DNA of 63,078 nucleotides, filler included, from Platydemus manokwari (taxonomy: Eukaryota): NCBI GenBank assembly GCA_037951405.1. It is 5 parts of 5 records of this genome, joined end to end, with 100 filler letters (N's around TTAATTAATTAA, not from the genome) between each part and the next. Parts side by side here need not be neighbours in the genome. Positions count along the whole stretch, not along the records: positions 23,064 to 34,425 come from JBBMOY010734426.1; positions 34,526 to 45,614 come from JBBMOY010916642.1; 3 more parts are not named here. The stretch is one strand, 5' to 3'. Numbering within the stretch: position 1 is the stretch's first letter; every line of letters begins with the position of its first letter. Under the pieces are notes generated by a model that saw only the letters and a program-made list of their open reading frames with translations, ran no database searches and was not told where the DNA came from. Both the position numbers and the translations under genes were made by a program. Shown one piece after another: positions 23,802 to 36,270 of this stretch.

Positions 23802-26800
23802 ATGGTTACATATATTTATGTTCTCCGTAAGATTTTATCGCTTAATAATATATTGTTTAATACATTTTAGTGCTTGTTTTCGCGACTGCTAAATCACAAG
23901 TTCCATGTACCATACCCTCAGATCATATTATGGTAATTTTTTCTCTAGAAGGCGGTAAAGAAACTGTTACAGACATTCAGTCCAATGGCTTAGTATCATT
24001 TAAAAATAACTTTGATGGGTTATGTTTCAGTGTTATGAATTCAACAACTCCTTTACCTGAATCTGAGACTGACATTAGAGTCATTTATAAAAATAGGTAT
24101 AACTTCCGGAAAAATTATAATTTTGATACATGGTAATTTAGAACAAACAATTGCTATTTCTGTTATAGATATATTAGACGAAGTATGTATGTAATGCAAT
24201 ATTTGCATACTCAATGTCAAGCTTATGGGCAAGATATTTGTAGTTTGCTTGATGGAACAAAATTTGAAACTGGTTTTCTTAAATCAAAGTCGCAACAATT
24301 GGATTTCAATTGTAAAAGTATTGTCGAAGGAATATATCAATTCAACTATAAACTTACACAATACACTGGTGTTTGCGACAGACCATCCAACCTTATTAAA
24401 GCTTGTCAGAAGCAAGGATCTCCATTGAGAGATAATAACATATTTACTATGAAATTTGATTTATGCCCTACTATAAATCCGGCTCATGTACGATTTTAAC
24501 CATTTTGAAAATATTTATTTTATTTAGAGTGTTGGTGACATAAAATACATTCCTTATGATTTCACATGGAAATGTTATGGTCGATGGGTTGATCCGGAGA
24601 AAAATATTTGGGGAGCTATAGAATTTGACACTAATGAAGAAAAATTTCGTTATCGTTGCATTCAGACTCGAATTGATCAACAAGATCCAAGCAAGCAAAC
24701 GTGGGGTAAAACTTTAATTAAAAACAATTATTAAATTTAGTTGTTCTAACGGAATTTATATAATCATGATTGATTTATCATAGGATTTTGTAAATGGATT
24801 TTCTTTGAACGATCATTTATTCCATAAATTTAACATGTATATATTAATTTTTATCTCGTTTTAAAAAAAATTATTTTTGGTTACACAATTTTTTTAAAAA
24901 GGCATTAGTTCTGATGCTGCTTGCAATACCTTGGATTCGGGCATAATAAATGCTCCAATTAGAATTGAAGCAAAAAGAGCTTTTGATCCCGATATCCAGA
25001 TAAGAGAAATGGAACCTGGTTGTAAATTGCCTACCAACTTCACGGGAACTTGGTTTTATCCTAGTGAATACAATACAGAGGTTTGATCGTTAAGATTGCT
25101 TACCGATTATTATTCAATCATAAAGGTGAAAATTAATTCTACTCACATTTATTTCAAGCGTCGAATCGATCAAACGACATATGATGAGATCTATTTTGTA
25201 TGTAGGCAGTTTCAAGAAAATAGATATTTAATGGCAACTGTTACCAAGGGCAAATGGTATTTTAATTATTTTTCATTAATTTAATCCATTAACTATTGTA
25301 ATGTTATGAGAATCTTTGGTGATTTAATTAAAAAATTCTAGTTTGATATTTATGATTTATAATTAATATTATTGTAATTTTGTATCTGTAAATATTTTGT
25401 TGAATCAAGGTTTACAGATAATCTAAAGACAATTTTGAGATAATCTAAAGGAAATTTTGAGATTTACAAACGAGTTCTTCATTATAATCTGATAATGAAT
25501 ATTTTAATTGTTGACAACATTATTGTTAAATGTAAAATATCGCTAAAATTTGAATAACTTATGCTATTAAATATATCTAATTTATTTTTCAAAAACATTA
25601 TTGAACCACAGAAAATGGCAAACTTTTCTGTAATTTTGATATATATATATATTTGAAAACTGTTGAATTGTATTTAACCATCATATTTTTCAGTAATCTT
25701 GATTTCACATGTTTTCATTTTCTTCCACGACATCATAATATTATCCGATTTCGAATGGGGCGACCTTTTCGAATGGATGATGATGATCGTAAAAGAAATA
25801 GAGATGGATATATGAATAACATTTTCCGAGAATCTTGTCATTGGAATTCTTTTACTCTTAACTACGTGGATTGGGTGTATGAATATTTTATCTTGGATCC
25901 ACCAGTGCCTGTTAATTGTCCAATTCAAGGAAGATATCGTTTCAATCAAATTGGGCAAAAGGAAGAATTGTATTACACAAAAATGCCAGATGGAATGACT
26001 CCAAGACCTCGTTTACAGGTTTTTAATTTCTCAAAGCTAAAATTTATTATTATTTAAGACCATATAACAAAAATTCATTTAAACAAGAATTGTCCATATA
26101 TTAAGTCAACATCTAGTGTTGTGTTAATAATTTCTCTGATATTTAAATCCAGAATTCCAGGAATAAATAATTTTATACTGTGTACTAAATTTTTAAAGTT
26201 GAATATTGATAATATGATATTCTGTTCTAGCATGATAAAACTTATTATAATCTTAAATCAAATGAAATTAAAATTATTTTTCAATCAAAATCTAAGATAA
26301 AAAAGTCTAGAATAAATGACTGCTGGTCATTTATTGTTAGTGATAATAATATATAATCGGGTAATAAATAATCCAAAATTTAATGTTAGCATTTATTTTT
26401 AAATAAAATTTGATATTATATAACAAATCTTTAATATAAAATATCTTTTTTATTATTAATTCCATTAGGTGCTATGTGACGGTAAATGGGAATCTGATTT
26501 AGCTGCTTGTTATGAAAATCCAAAACAGTTGAATCTGGATGTTGATCGATGTATGAGACTAGATTTTATTGGTCGTCCGATATCTGAATATGATATTGCT
26601 GATAATAGGTTGACTTGTGTTGGTTACTGGATGGAAGACACTAAATCATATTTGATAACATATGATCCTGAAGATCCGGTAAGTTTGCTCAATAAAATAA
26701 ATTTATAATAATTATTTTTGTTAGGTAGTGCATAATTTCCGATGCTGGGTTTACAGGAGAATAGAATTAAGCACTTATAAAATGTCAAGAAGTCAAGGCA

Positions 26801-27039
26801 CACATTGCAGTAAGATACAGACAGCTGACTCATCTGGACCCGAAACTGGTGCTTCATTATTGTTAGAATTATTTCAAAATGAACTGGAATTTGATGCATG
26901 CCCGATGTCATTTGATGATGGAACAAATCCTTACGCGAATCCAGCTGTATTTAATGTGTATTCAAGCGCAGGAAGAACGGGATGCTCTCAACTCTTATTT
27001 ATTATTTCTATTTTTATCTATATTTTTCTCCCATATTGA
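23802..27039 (+). CDS. Secreted, probably GPI-anchored, cysteine-rich protein of a conserved uncharacterised invertebrate family (resembles DUF7042/DUF7043-type proteins); 9 exons
   Basis: GT-AG exons at about 23802-23826, 23871-24096, 24141-24487, 24528-24705, 24902-25080, 25126-25256, 25694-26018, 26469-26678 and 26724-27039 give a continuous frame. Signal peptide MVTYIYVLLLVFATAKS. Repeated modules (WKCYGRW...RYRC; GCKLPTNFTGTWF; CPIQGRYRF; LTCVGYW...FRCWVY). The protein ends YSSAG...LLFIISIFIYIFLPY*. The family assignment is from memory of motifs. Confidence 0.85.
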
Positions 27040-27439
27040 TTTATTGATGTTCCATAATTAGAAGAATGGCTGTGAAATTTTAAGTACAATTACTCTTGTT
27101 TTTAAATAAATATTTTTTTAAATTATTGTTTACTTATTAAATTTTTCAAATATTGATTAAACTTATATATTTTCCTCTAAAATTTATTTTTTTTAAAAAC
27201 TAAATCACATGGGAAAATTAATTTTAATGAAGTAAGATCAAAAGATCATCTTCATTATCTTAAACTAATTTGATGATTAAGAATCTAACTTAATATATGG
27301 TGTATTAAATTAATAAGAATAATAAGTGAAGACAGCAAAATATAATCATTATTTGAAAACAATAGTTATATACAGTAACAGTAATATAAAAAGTATATTT
27401 AAAAACAGTACCATACAACTGAATATTATAACAAGTAAT

Positions 27440-28930
27440 TACTTGACTTTCCATTGCTTTGAGAACTAAAGGTATTCTATAAGGACGTTGGCATGCTGGT
27501 TCTGGATTAATGTATTATTATGTCTTAATATTATATTTTAGGACATTACATTGTTCTGGAATCTAGGTCATATTCATATTTCGCAAAGGTCCCTTGATTC
27601 TTATTGATTAACAAGGTTAATAATTTGTTTAAATAATTGTTTAGATCTTCAGTATTGAATTAAAGTGGTCCGTAATGATTTACTGATCCCTTGGAAACAG
27701 GATTTTTATGGAATTCCGTTGCTGTGCCTATTATCAAGGCTTCTCTCATTTTGATCGGTTCATTTGAATGGTTCATTATTCTTATTGGTATTCGTCCGTC
27801 GGTAACTATTGCTAGGCAGGTACTGATAGTCATGTTCGCTTCTCCATAAATTTTTGACTTGGTTCAAATAATATTTCCTTGTTCTATGTTCAGTGAATCC
27901 GAGCAAAGCATATTCTTTCCATTCTTTGTGAGATTATGACTTCTTGTGTCATATAAATTTCACAGGTTTTGTTTCTTATTGTTTTGGGGGTTTTAATGAG
28001 TTTACCCGTATTGCATTCATATACGATATCTCTGACGTCTTGTCCTATAACACAGTCATATAGTGTGGCTTCAGCTACTCCTATTATTACATTAATAGTT
28101 TGGTTACAGAGGTGTAAGTGATATCGTAATTCTCCTAATATTGGTAATGGAGTACCGTAAAAATCATATTATTTCTACATTAATTGATTTATTTTTGATT
28201 TGTGGATTCATGAGTTAATTATACTCGAATCAACTCCGATATTTATTAGAGCATATGCATGGTGACTGTTTATTTTTACCTGCATGAGCCTCGAATCAGC
28301 ATTAGCACATTCTGCCACACAATGTATTTTAACCATTCCAATTTGATTTTGTCTTCTAATAGTTGAGTCTCTTAAAATAAACTTAAAATGGTTCATTTTC
28401 CATTGTTCTTCTAATTGCTGTGTTGGATATAGATTTCCACCAATACCAGGCTTATAATACTCTCATTAGGAGCAATCGGTTTGGTATAGTTAATCATTTA
28501 GATATCCTTGTTGGATTAGAGTAGGATTGCGATTGACCCTTCTATTCGTTGGTTGTACTGTTTGTACTTCAGTGGCTTTGTGCTTTTATAGTTCTGTGCA
28601 CTTGTTTATAGATTCGTTCACCATAAGTATAATATCCCCTTTCATAATAGTTCCGATTATTTCTGTTATTCGGTCCCGCAAAAGTAGGAAGTTGAATGCT
28701 TTCATTGCATCTTCGGTATCTTCTTTTGCATAGATTCGTTTTCTATATCGTCAATATTTGAGAAGGATACTTTATGCTCAAGTACATGAAGGACTTCTAA
28801 GTTTTATGTTTATTATCTGATCAGTACGTAATGTATTTATGAATAGTTTATAATTTTATTTAACTGATTCACCTGACTATTAAAAATTAAATCTGTAAAA
28901 ATTTAATTAAATTTTAAAATTCTCACAGTA
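27440..28930 (-). mobile_element. Decayed Ty3/gypsy gag-protease remnant truncated just before RT
   Basis: Aspartic-protease-like VKINSHHAYALINIGVDSSII (degenerate ALIDTGA), then the pre-RT motif PACQRPYRIPLVLK (~27460-27505). An LTR-like start TGTGAGAATTTTAAA lies at 28927. Confidence 0.7.
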
Positions 28931-30220
28931 TTCTTAATTGTCAAACTATTCAAAAGGTACTTTAGAGTTGGGTTAATATTAGATTAGGTTAAGTTTAATT
29001 TTTCACTAAAATGTAACGAAGTTTGTTTTATGGTTCTTGCTCACATATTTTTTTATTTATTATGTTAAATACTAATGCAGTAAAGATCAAGACTTGATTA
29101 CAATGGCAATTTATTAATTTACAATTATTAATTTATAATTAATTAAAATGTTGATAGTTTAATTTATAATTTATCTGCAATTTTAAATATTAGAGTTTGA
29201 AAAATAAGTCAGCAAGAGTTGTAAAATATGTTTAGTGAAAATATTCAAACTTATAACAAAACAAAATACACTTTGATATCACACACTGTGTTAACTGCCT
29301 GAGAATATAATTCAGAGTGACTCACACTACGTAGAATAGGAAGACCAACCAAAAAATAAAAATGACAATGCACGAAACAAGTTTTTACGTCTTTTTAAAT
29401 GATTCAAATATTTTACAATAATCTTCGTTGAAAAAATAATATAATAGAATTTCCATTAATTTTGTTCTTATGTTGAAGGTCGCACCCAGCCAACAACATC
29501 TCCACATCTTCAACTTAATAATATTCAACAAAATATATAATCCATATCTAATCCAACACTCAACCCAATGTCAATCAAATTAAATACCAACAATGATTAA
29601 ATCTGATCTGATTCAGATTCCACTAAATGAAAATTAAACTCTAATCGAACTTTTAAACTCATATTTTTACATAACTGATCGAACCGCTTGAACATTGAAA
29701 ATATTTTTTTGCTTCTGCTTATAATTGATGTTTTTATGTGATGAATATTCGAAATATCAGTATTTCATAATTAGTTCTTTGCATGATTATGATGTTATAA
29801 ATCTTATAAATTCTATGTTACGTTCGAGTCTTATTGAACTTATTTCATTTAATATTACTATAGTCTTAATTACTTTCATTTAATTATTAATTAAGACCGC
29901 AAGAGTAATGAACCGGTTTCTTATTTTATTCTTCATCTCGCACAACGTTATTGTAATAACGGCATTAAATTTAGCAATCTATCAATCTCAGATTATGCAC
30001 GTTATCTTAATCCATAAACTCGCTGACACCAACGATAATGAACTATAATCCATATTTAATCAATAACTAAGACATATTATTACAAGTGCTTATCATTAAA
30101 TAACAACTATACCATTTGACAACTAAATAAAACAATAAAATAGAAATTACAAGCTAATTTTAACGGTGTAATATACACTAAAACATTACTACTGTCATTA
30201 ATAATTCCTTAATAATTTTA

Positions 30221-30311
30221 ATTATCAATTTTAGTTTCTAAAAAATTATTACTTAACATATTATATAAATTCGGTTTCAATGGTGGCATTTTTATTCTCA
30301 GAGTTCGCGTT
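30221..30311 (+). repeat. ~90-bp dispersed repeat, copy 1
   Basis: 30235-30311 is identical to 34349-34425 (TTTCTAAAAAATTATTACTTAAC...CAGAGTTCGCGTT). Confidence 0.9.
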
Positions 30312-31278
30312 TCGATTTTGATAGAGTTTAATTATCAATTATATTACATAAGCCTGTTGGATTGACATTGCAATTCAAGCAACAGACAGCAACTCACACT
30401 AGTTATAAACTTAAAAGGAATAAACCCAACAATTGTTTCCGATTAGAAATTGTGACAAAAGAACAACCAATGACGAAATCTTATACTATGACAAGCATTA
30501 TCAAATAAATTATAACCAATAAATTCCACAATCTTCGAGCAAAACCGGTTGCCTTTCAAGATGATTCAATAAAAACTCGATAAAAAGAAACAAACGATTT
30601 ATAATAATGATCAGTATTTTATACAAATCTTACTTAGGACCTTCCAATAAAAAACTTGGCATATATGGAATACTGATCTGTAACATAGAATGATCTTCTC
30701 ATTTGCAGTTCTTAACCGCGAAAATCGTGTTCAATCCCCATGTATAGCAAGCGTGCATACAATTCTCTACTATTTTAATTTAGTGCCATGCATTTTTGAT
30801 TTCATGCTAGAATTTATTTATGGTGGACAGAAATTCTTTGCTATTAAATTTATTATACAGAGAGAAATTCATATGCTCATATCATCATACACTATAAAAT
30901 TAATACATAATGTCATAAAAAGCTACATAACGTGATGCAAAAATTGGTTTCTTTTAGTTAATTTTCTCAAAAGCTTACATATAAATTTGATCAAATATAA
31001 TTAAATATAATTAAAATGATGAATAATATTTAAAAAAATGAGATAATAAATATAAATCAACTATAAAGAAAATAATGATATTAATAATAACTATATTTAA
31101 TAATTAAATTTAGCTAATTTCAAAGAAACTCTTATATTTTGAAAATTGTATTGTTAACATGAGTTAGTATTAATAATATAAAGTTTGTAAAATATTTGAG
31201 ACATCATATATTCGATGTCACTAGATTTAATTTTTCTCTCAACTTGAAATAGTGTAATCTGTGGGAAGCAATTATTTC

Positions 31279-33371
31279 CTACATAAATTTTAACTTTAAT
31301 AATTCTAAACAATTTTTTACTTGTCGATTGAATCCATTTTTCAACATCTTAATACTTTTTTTATTTCTATAAGATTTTTCGTTCTCGCACCACAACTTCC
31401 ATTCAACTTGCTGCTTTCGATAGAAGTCAATATTTTTGCATCTTTTATCTTGATCAATCAATTCTTTGCGAGTCTGTGATAATATAGGTTGACCATATGA
31501 TTTATTCAATGGATCGGAAGAGTAATAGATTGATTTTATTATTTCATTTTCTTCAACTGAATTCTCTTGTTGATTTGTCTAAATTGAATATTCATAATAT
31601 TTTCATGACATTTAAATTTAATTACTAGAATTCCAGACTTAATTTAAATAATAAGTTGATAGAAAACTTTCGTTATCGATTTTATTGAATGAAAAATAAG
31701 TTAAGTTACATTATTTTTTAATTATGTTTCAAGTTATTAAATACCCAGGAGTATACAATAATGAAAGTATTTTAATTACTTGAATCTAATATAATAATAG
31801 GAAAATTTCTTGCTGGACATTAAATTTATAAATGCGAAAAAATTGTCAATAATATCATAATTTTATTAATCCTGTGTTTGCAAAACGTTTATTTGAAGAA
31901 CTATTAACGAAACTAATAACAAATTGAAAAATACGAAAGTTAAATCCCTGAGTATTTTATCTAGTGAGAATGTTTTAATCTAAATTGAAAACTTCACAAA
32001 AAAGATATATGATTACGTCAGAATAATCATACAATCTCTATTGCAATATGAAAACAAATTCTATTAAATTCTAATTAAATTTAATTGGATAGGTTTAACA
32101 AGTTTAAATTTAAGTATGTATAGAGTATTTATGAGTTAGATATTAATAAACAAATGTTGAATACATACATACTGTTGAACGGTTGAATAGGATGCTGAAT
32201 CTTAAGTAATCGATTTAAACATAAATAATTTCAAGGATTTATTACATATTCAAAATTCTATGTTACAAATAATATTTTAACAAACTTCATTTTCTTTATA
32301 TTTCATTTGAATTTGTTTGCCTTTTTGAAATCTAAGTGGATCAATTTCTAGCCAAATCTTTTTAATAGCACACAAATTTTCATATTTTTCTTTATTTCTC
32401 AATATTTGAATATTATCCTTAAGTTAAGTAAAAACAAAACTTTCAAATAATTCGAATAAACCTCCAAAGATGCATCGCTTACTACAAAAGCTGTAAAATT
32501 TGCCTTTTCGGTGTCAAAATGAGTAGAATTGGGTCTTGAATTATGACTATCATTCGAGATATTTTTGGAAAGGGATTTATCAATATTTTTAACGTTTTTT
32601 GACATATCTTGTCCCTTTTCCTTGCTTTTCGTTTTTGACTGGTTTTTCTGTACTGTTTCTTTCTTCGTTGTCTCTGGATGCTGTGCCATTTTACTTGAAT
32701 TTTCGAAATTCTTATTTTCAGCTAAAATGTACAATTAATGAACTAATTCAGCATGATAGAAATATTATCATGGATATTTTAAAACATAAATAACCATATT
32801 CAAACTTTTATGATCATTATCATTTGTATTTTAAAAATTATAAACTTAATCTTACTATCGTTTAGTTTTCTTATATTAAAAATGAATTTAAACGAGGAAT
32901 ACTATATAATATACTCATTAACATTTCTTACTCATATCTGCTTTTTTATTTTTTTTCAAATTTTCCACGAAATCTTGATTTGAATCAGATATAGGCCACA
33001 TATCACTGTCTATGAAACCTTGTATTGAATATTTATTGATATTAATATCGTCACTACTACACGAGCTATTAGTTCTCTAGAATTACAGTGTTATAATTCA
33101 ATTTAATGTAATTTAGTGAAACCTTTGTAGAAAATTGATCAATCTTATCTTTAACCTTTTTTGGTTTAATGAAATCCTTTGAAGGAAATTGACTAAAATT
33201 TTCTGTTTGATCTTCGACATTTGCATCTTTGAAAAATATGAAAGACGGTATGAAAGTCTCTCCTATTCCATTTACGAAATAAATTTCATCATGATTGAAA
33301 ATAGATAGTCGCACAGGAACGTCACGGTTAGACACTTTCATAAAAATAGACACAGGATGATCAATTTTTAC
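31279..33371 (-). CDS. ADGB: Androglobin-like gene, 3' exons only (divergent; 5' part lost at the contig edge)
   Basis: About 5 exons (33371-33123, 33068-32934, 32721-32462, 32417-32286, 31578-31279). Motifs follow the order of the androglobin C-terminus: VRLSIFNHDEIYFVNGIGETFIPSFIF (cf. GKGHAVIPAFIF), KYSIQGFIDSDMWPIS (cf. KYIIQA...SWPL), FTAFVVSDA (cf. WTLRVVSDA), NKEKYENLCAIKKIWLEIDPLRFQKG (cf. DTERADEIRAMKQAWE..EPGRA.KA), then a charged helical last exon. Confidence 0.7.
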
Positions 33372-34276
33372 CTTAAAATGAAAATAATTAATTTTTATTA
33401 AGTATGTAAACTTTTATTTTCTTTAAAAAGTATTTCAAATAATCTTATTTTTAGCAACATTTATTATTTTAGAACAGGAGTTTAAAACTGGTGGCTCGAG
33501 CCTTGAATTATTTTATAAATAAATACTTTATGTTAAAAATACTACCAAGTTTTGTATTGAGTTTTAAAGAGTTTGAATTTAAAATTAAAAAGGAAAACAT
33601 ATAAAAAAGATTTATTTTTAGTAAAAGTTGGAAGTTTGACATGTATATCGGTGATAGAACAATTCAATCTAAAATTTGATTATGGGTAATTTTTATAAAT
33701 TCAAATTCTGATCACTGAATTTGTGTTAATTGCAATGCTTCTTATTCCACTTTCTTTTTTTATTCATCAAAATAAAAATATATAATAAAAAATATTCAGC
33801 TAATAAGAACATTTTTACAAGAAAGAATGTGTTTTGAAGATAAAAACCCCACGTTAATTAAAAGAAGAGGCTTTTACTATTGTGCTACGGTAGCAAGCCA
33901 GACAACAATCCAACAAATATTATAAGATGAATATTTATTTGACAGTTATTATTTTTCATTTGTAAGTTTGATTTGAAAAATTTTTTACTCTGAAAAATTT
34001 GGAAATTGTGAATTCGATTTGTAAAGTTGAAAATTCCAAATTTGAAATTTTATTATTTAATCTTTGTTTATATTTAAAAATGATAAATTATAATACCGAT
34101 AAAATTAAATATATAATAAAAATAATAAATAAAATCTGAAATAATAAAATAAGAATATTGAAAATATGGGAAGATAACTAATAAACTAAACTAAGCAAAA
34201 TACGGAAAAAATATTATTTATTATGTGAACGAAAATTAAATCTATTAATACTGTATTGGGATTTATGATGAATAAT

Positions 34277-34280
<4 letters not shown>

Positions 34281-34309
<29 letters not shown>
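34281..34309. repeat. (TA)n microsatellite
   Basis: Directly visible. Confidence 0.95.
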
Positions 34310-34313
<4 letters not shown>

Positions 34314-34334
34314 AATTAATATGCGGGTAATATT

Positions 34335-34425
34335 ATTATCAATTGTACTTTCTAAAAAATTATTACTTAACATATTATATAAATTCGGTTTCAATGGTGG
34401 CATTTTTATTCTCAGAGTTCGCGTT
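34335..34425 (+). repeat. ~90-bp dispersed repeat, copy 2, running into the contig end
   Basis: Near-identical to 30221-30311. Confidence 0.9.
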
Positions 34426-34525
34426 NNNNNNNNNNNNNNNNNNNNNNNNNNNNNNNNNNNNNNNNNNNNTTAATTAATTAANNNNNNNNNNNNNNNNNNN
34501 NNNNNNNNNNNNNNNNNNNNNNNNN
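34426..34525. other. Artificial contig spacer
   Basis: 44 N + TTAATTAATTAA + 44 N. Confidence 0.98.
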
Positions 34526-34849
34526 TAATTCACCCAGTTATATATTCAAAATATATATCTAGTAAATATCAACTAGCTTTGTTCTACTAAATATATCGCT
34601 TATTCATATATCTGAAGATGCGCTTTGGAACAGATGATTGGGAACAGAGAACAAATCGATATGAAATAACAGTACGAATATAAGCACTCCACCAGCAGCG
34701 TTTGAAATATTGTCAATAAATATTAAATCTGATTGCTGGCGAGATAAATCTGTAACTCATTTCAAAAAAAGAAAAATAGAAAATAGTGTTAATCGATTGC
34801 CATAACGACTGTTACGTTAAATCATTTAATAAAATGGGCCAATTTTCCA

Positions 34850-36100
34850 TTTTTCAGAAATAAAAATGAAAGAACATAGAATTCTTAAGAAAGATAAAAG
34901 AGATCAAGAAAGAACAAAGTTAGTTATAATGATAAGATCTACAGGATTAAAATAAGAAATCCTTGAGGATGCTGCTAAAACAAGGAAAATAATACCCGAT
35001 AATTGGTGCATTTTCAACATCAGAATAATGCCAAATAAAATTAAGGAAGCGCTATAGTGAAACCAGTTCATGGAGACTAATTAAATTGATTGACTGTGTC
35101 TGCAAAATATATCACATTCAACTTTGAAAAATATTAAGAAAATAGAAAGAGGAAAAAACCTACTTCACTCTATACAAAACAGTCTTGTATGGTTTGAAGA
35201 ATGCACATAACACAACCATTATGGCACTCTGTTAAAGAGACACAGCATAAAAAGAAGGTAATTCTACACAGAAGCGTACAAAATACGTATGTAGTACGAA
35301 AGAAAGGGGATGTCTCAATAAAAGCAACAATAATAATCAAAAATGTCTATAACGATTGTAGTACGTCTTTTCTATCAAGAGACTACTACCATAATCTTAT
35401 CTACATCACAAGAGGTATAAGTAAAGGTTGTTCTATTTCAATGTTCTACCTCGATTTAACATTCTAACCAATTCATTTCTACCAGAGGCTCAAAATATAA
35501 TCAGAACAAGTGATAAAGCCTTTATAGAGTATTCTAAAAATTAAATAATAAAAAATGCCTAAACAATCAATTGCTTAAAATGAGAGCATTCTTGGAGAAA
35601 GTTGGTGGTCTCTGTGTTCAAGACCATAATAAAACCAGAAATAGACATGGAGAATCACTACATATATCTTGAACTTAACCTTGCTGATAAAGTTACACAC
35701 CTTTATTGGATATCTTTCTAATAATCTAATGACGTTCTCGACAAAGGTGCGAAAATTTTCTTTCCATATTTGAAATTGGATGCTCAAAATATCATCGTCA
35801 AAAAAGATATCATTTTCTCTATAAGTAACATATACTAGACTGGGTAACATAGATGTACTGATTAGGAAAAAACTTTATAGAATTCTGAGCGCTCCAAAAT
35901 CATGCTTGACCAATTATCTATACTCTAAAAGTCCTTATAATAGAGGTAGCACGAGAAGTATTACAAAATAATATACCATTCATTCAATAATCCATTTCAT
36001 AAGTAATCTCACAAATAAGTAAAGTGAAGTAAATGACTGTAGAATTATTAAGAAGGTTCAATATGGAAATTAATGTTCTTCGTTGGAGAAACTTAGTGGA
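34850..36100 (+). mobile_element. Highly decayed non-LTR retrotransposon RT remnant
   Basis: SSWRLIKLIDCVCKIY (cf. WRPI.L....YK.Y, ~35065) and IYITRGISKGCSISM (cf. I.RGV.QGCPLS, ~35400); A-rich strand with many stops. Confidence 0.55.
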
Positions 36101-36270
36101 TCAATATTCTAGAAGTAGATAACATCATGGGGAGGAGATTGGAGATAAAGTCATTATTTGAATATTTTAAAATTTTCAAAATATTTTCCAACGAAATTGT
36201 ATAAAAGTTACTCGAATGCTTTAATTTCAACAAAGCTTTTAATTTTGAAGAGAAAAATTTTTTAGTCACC

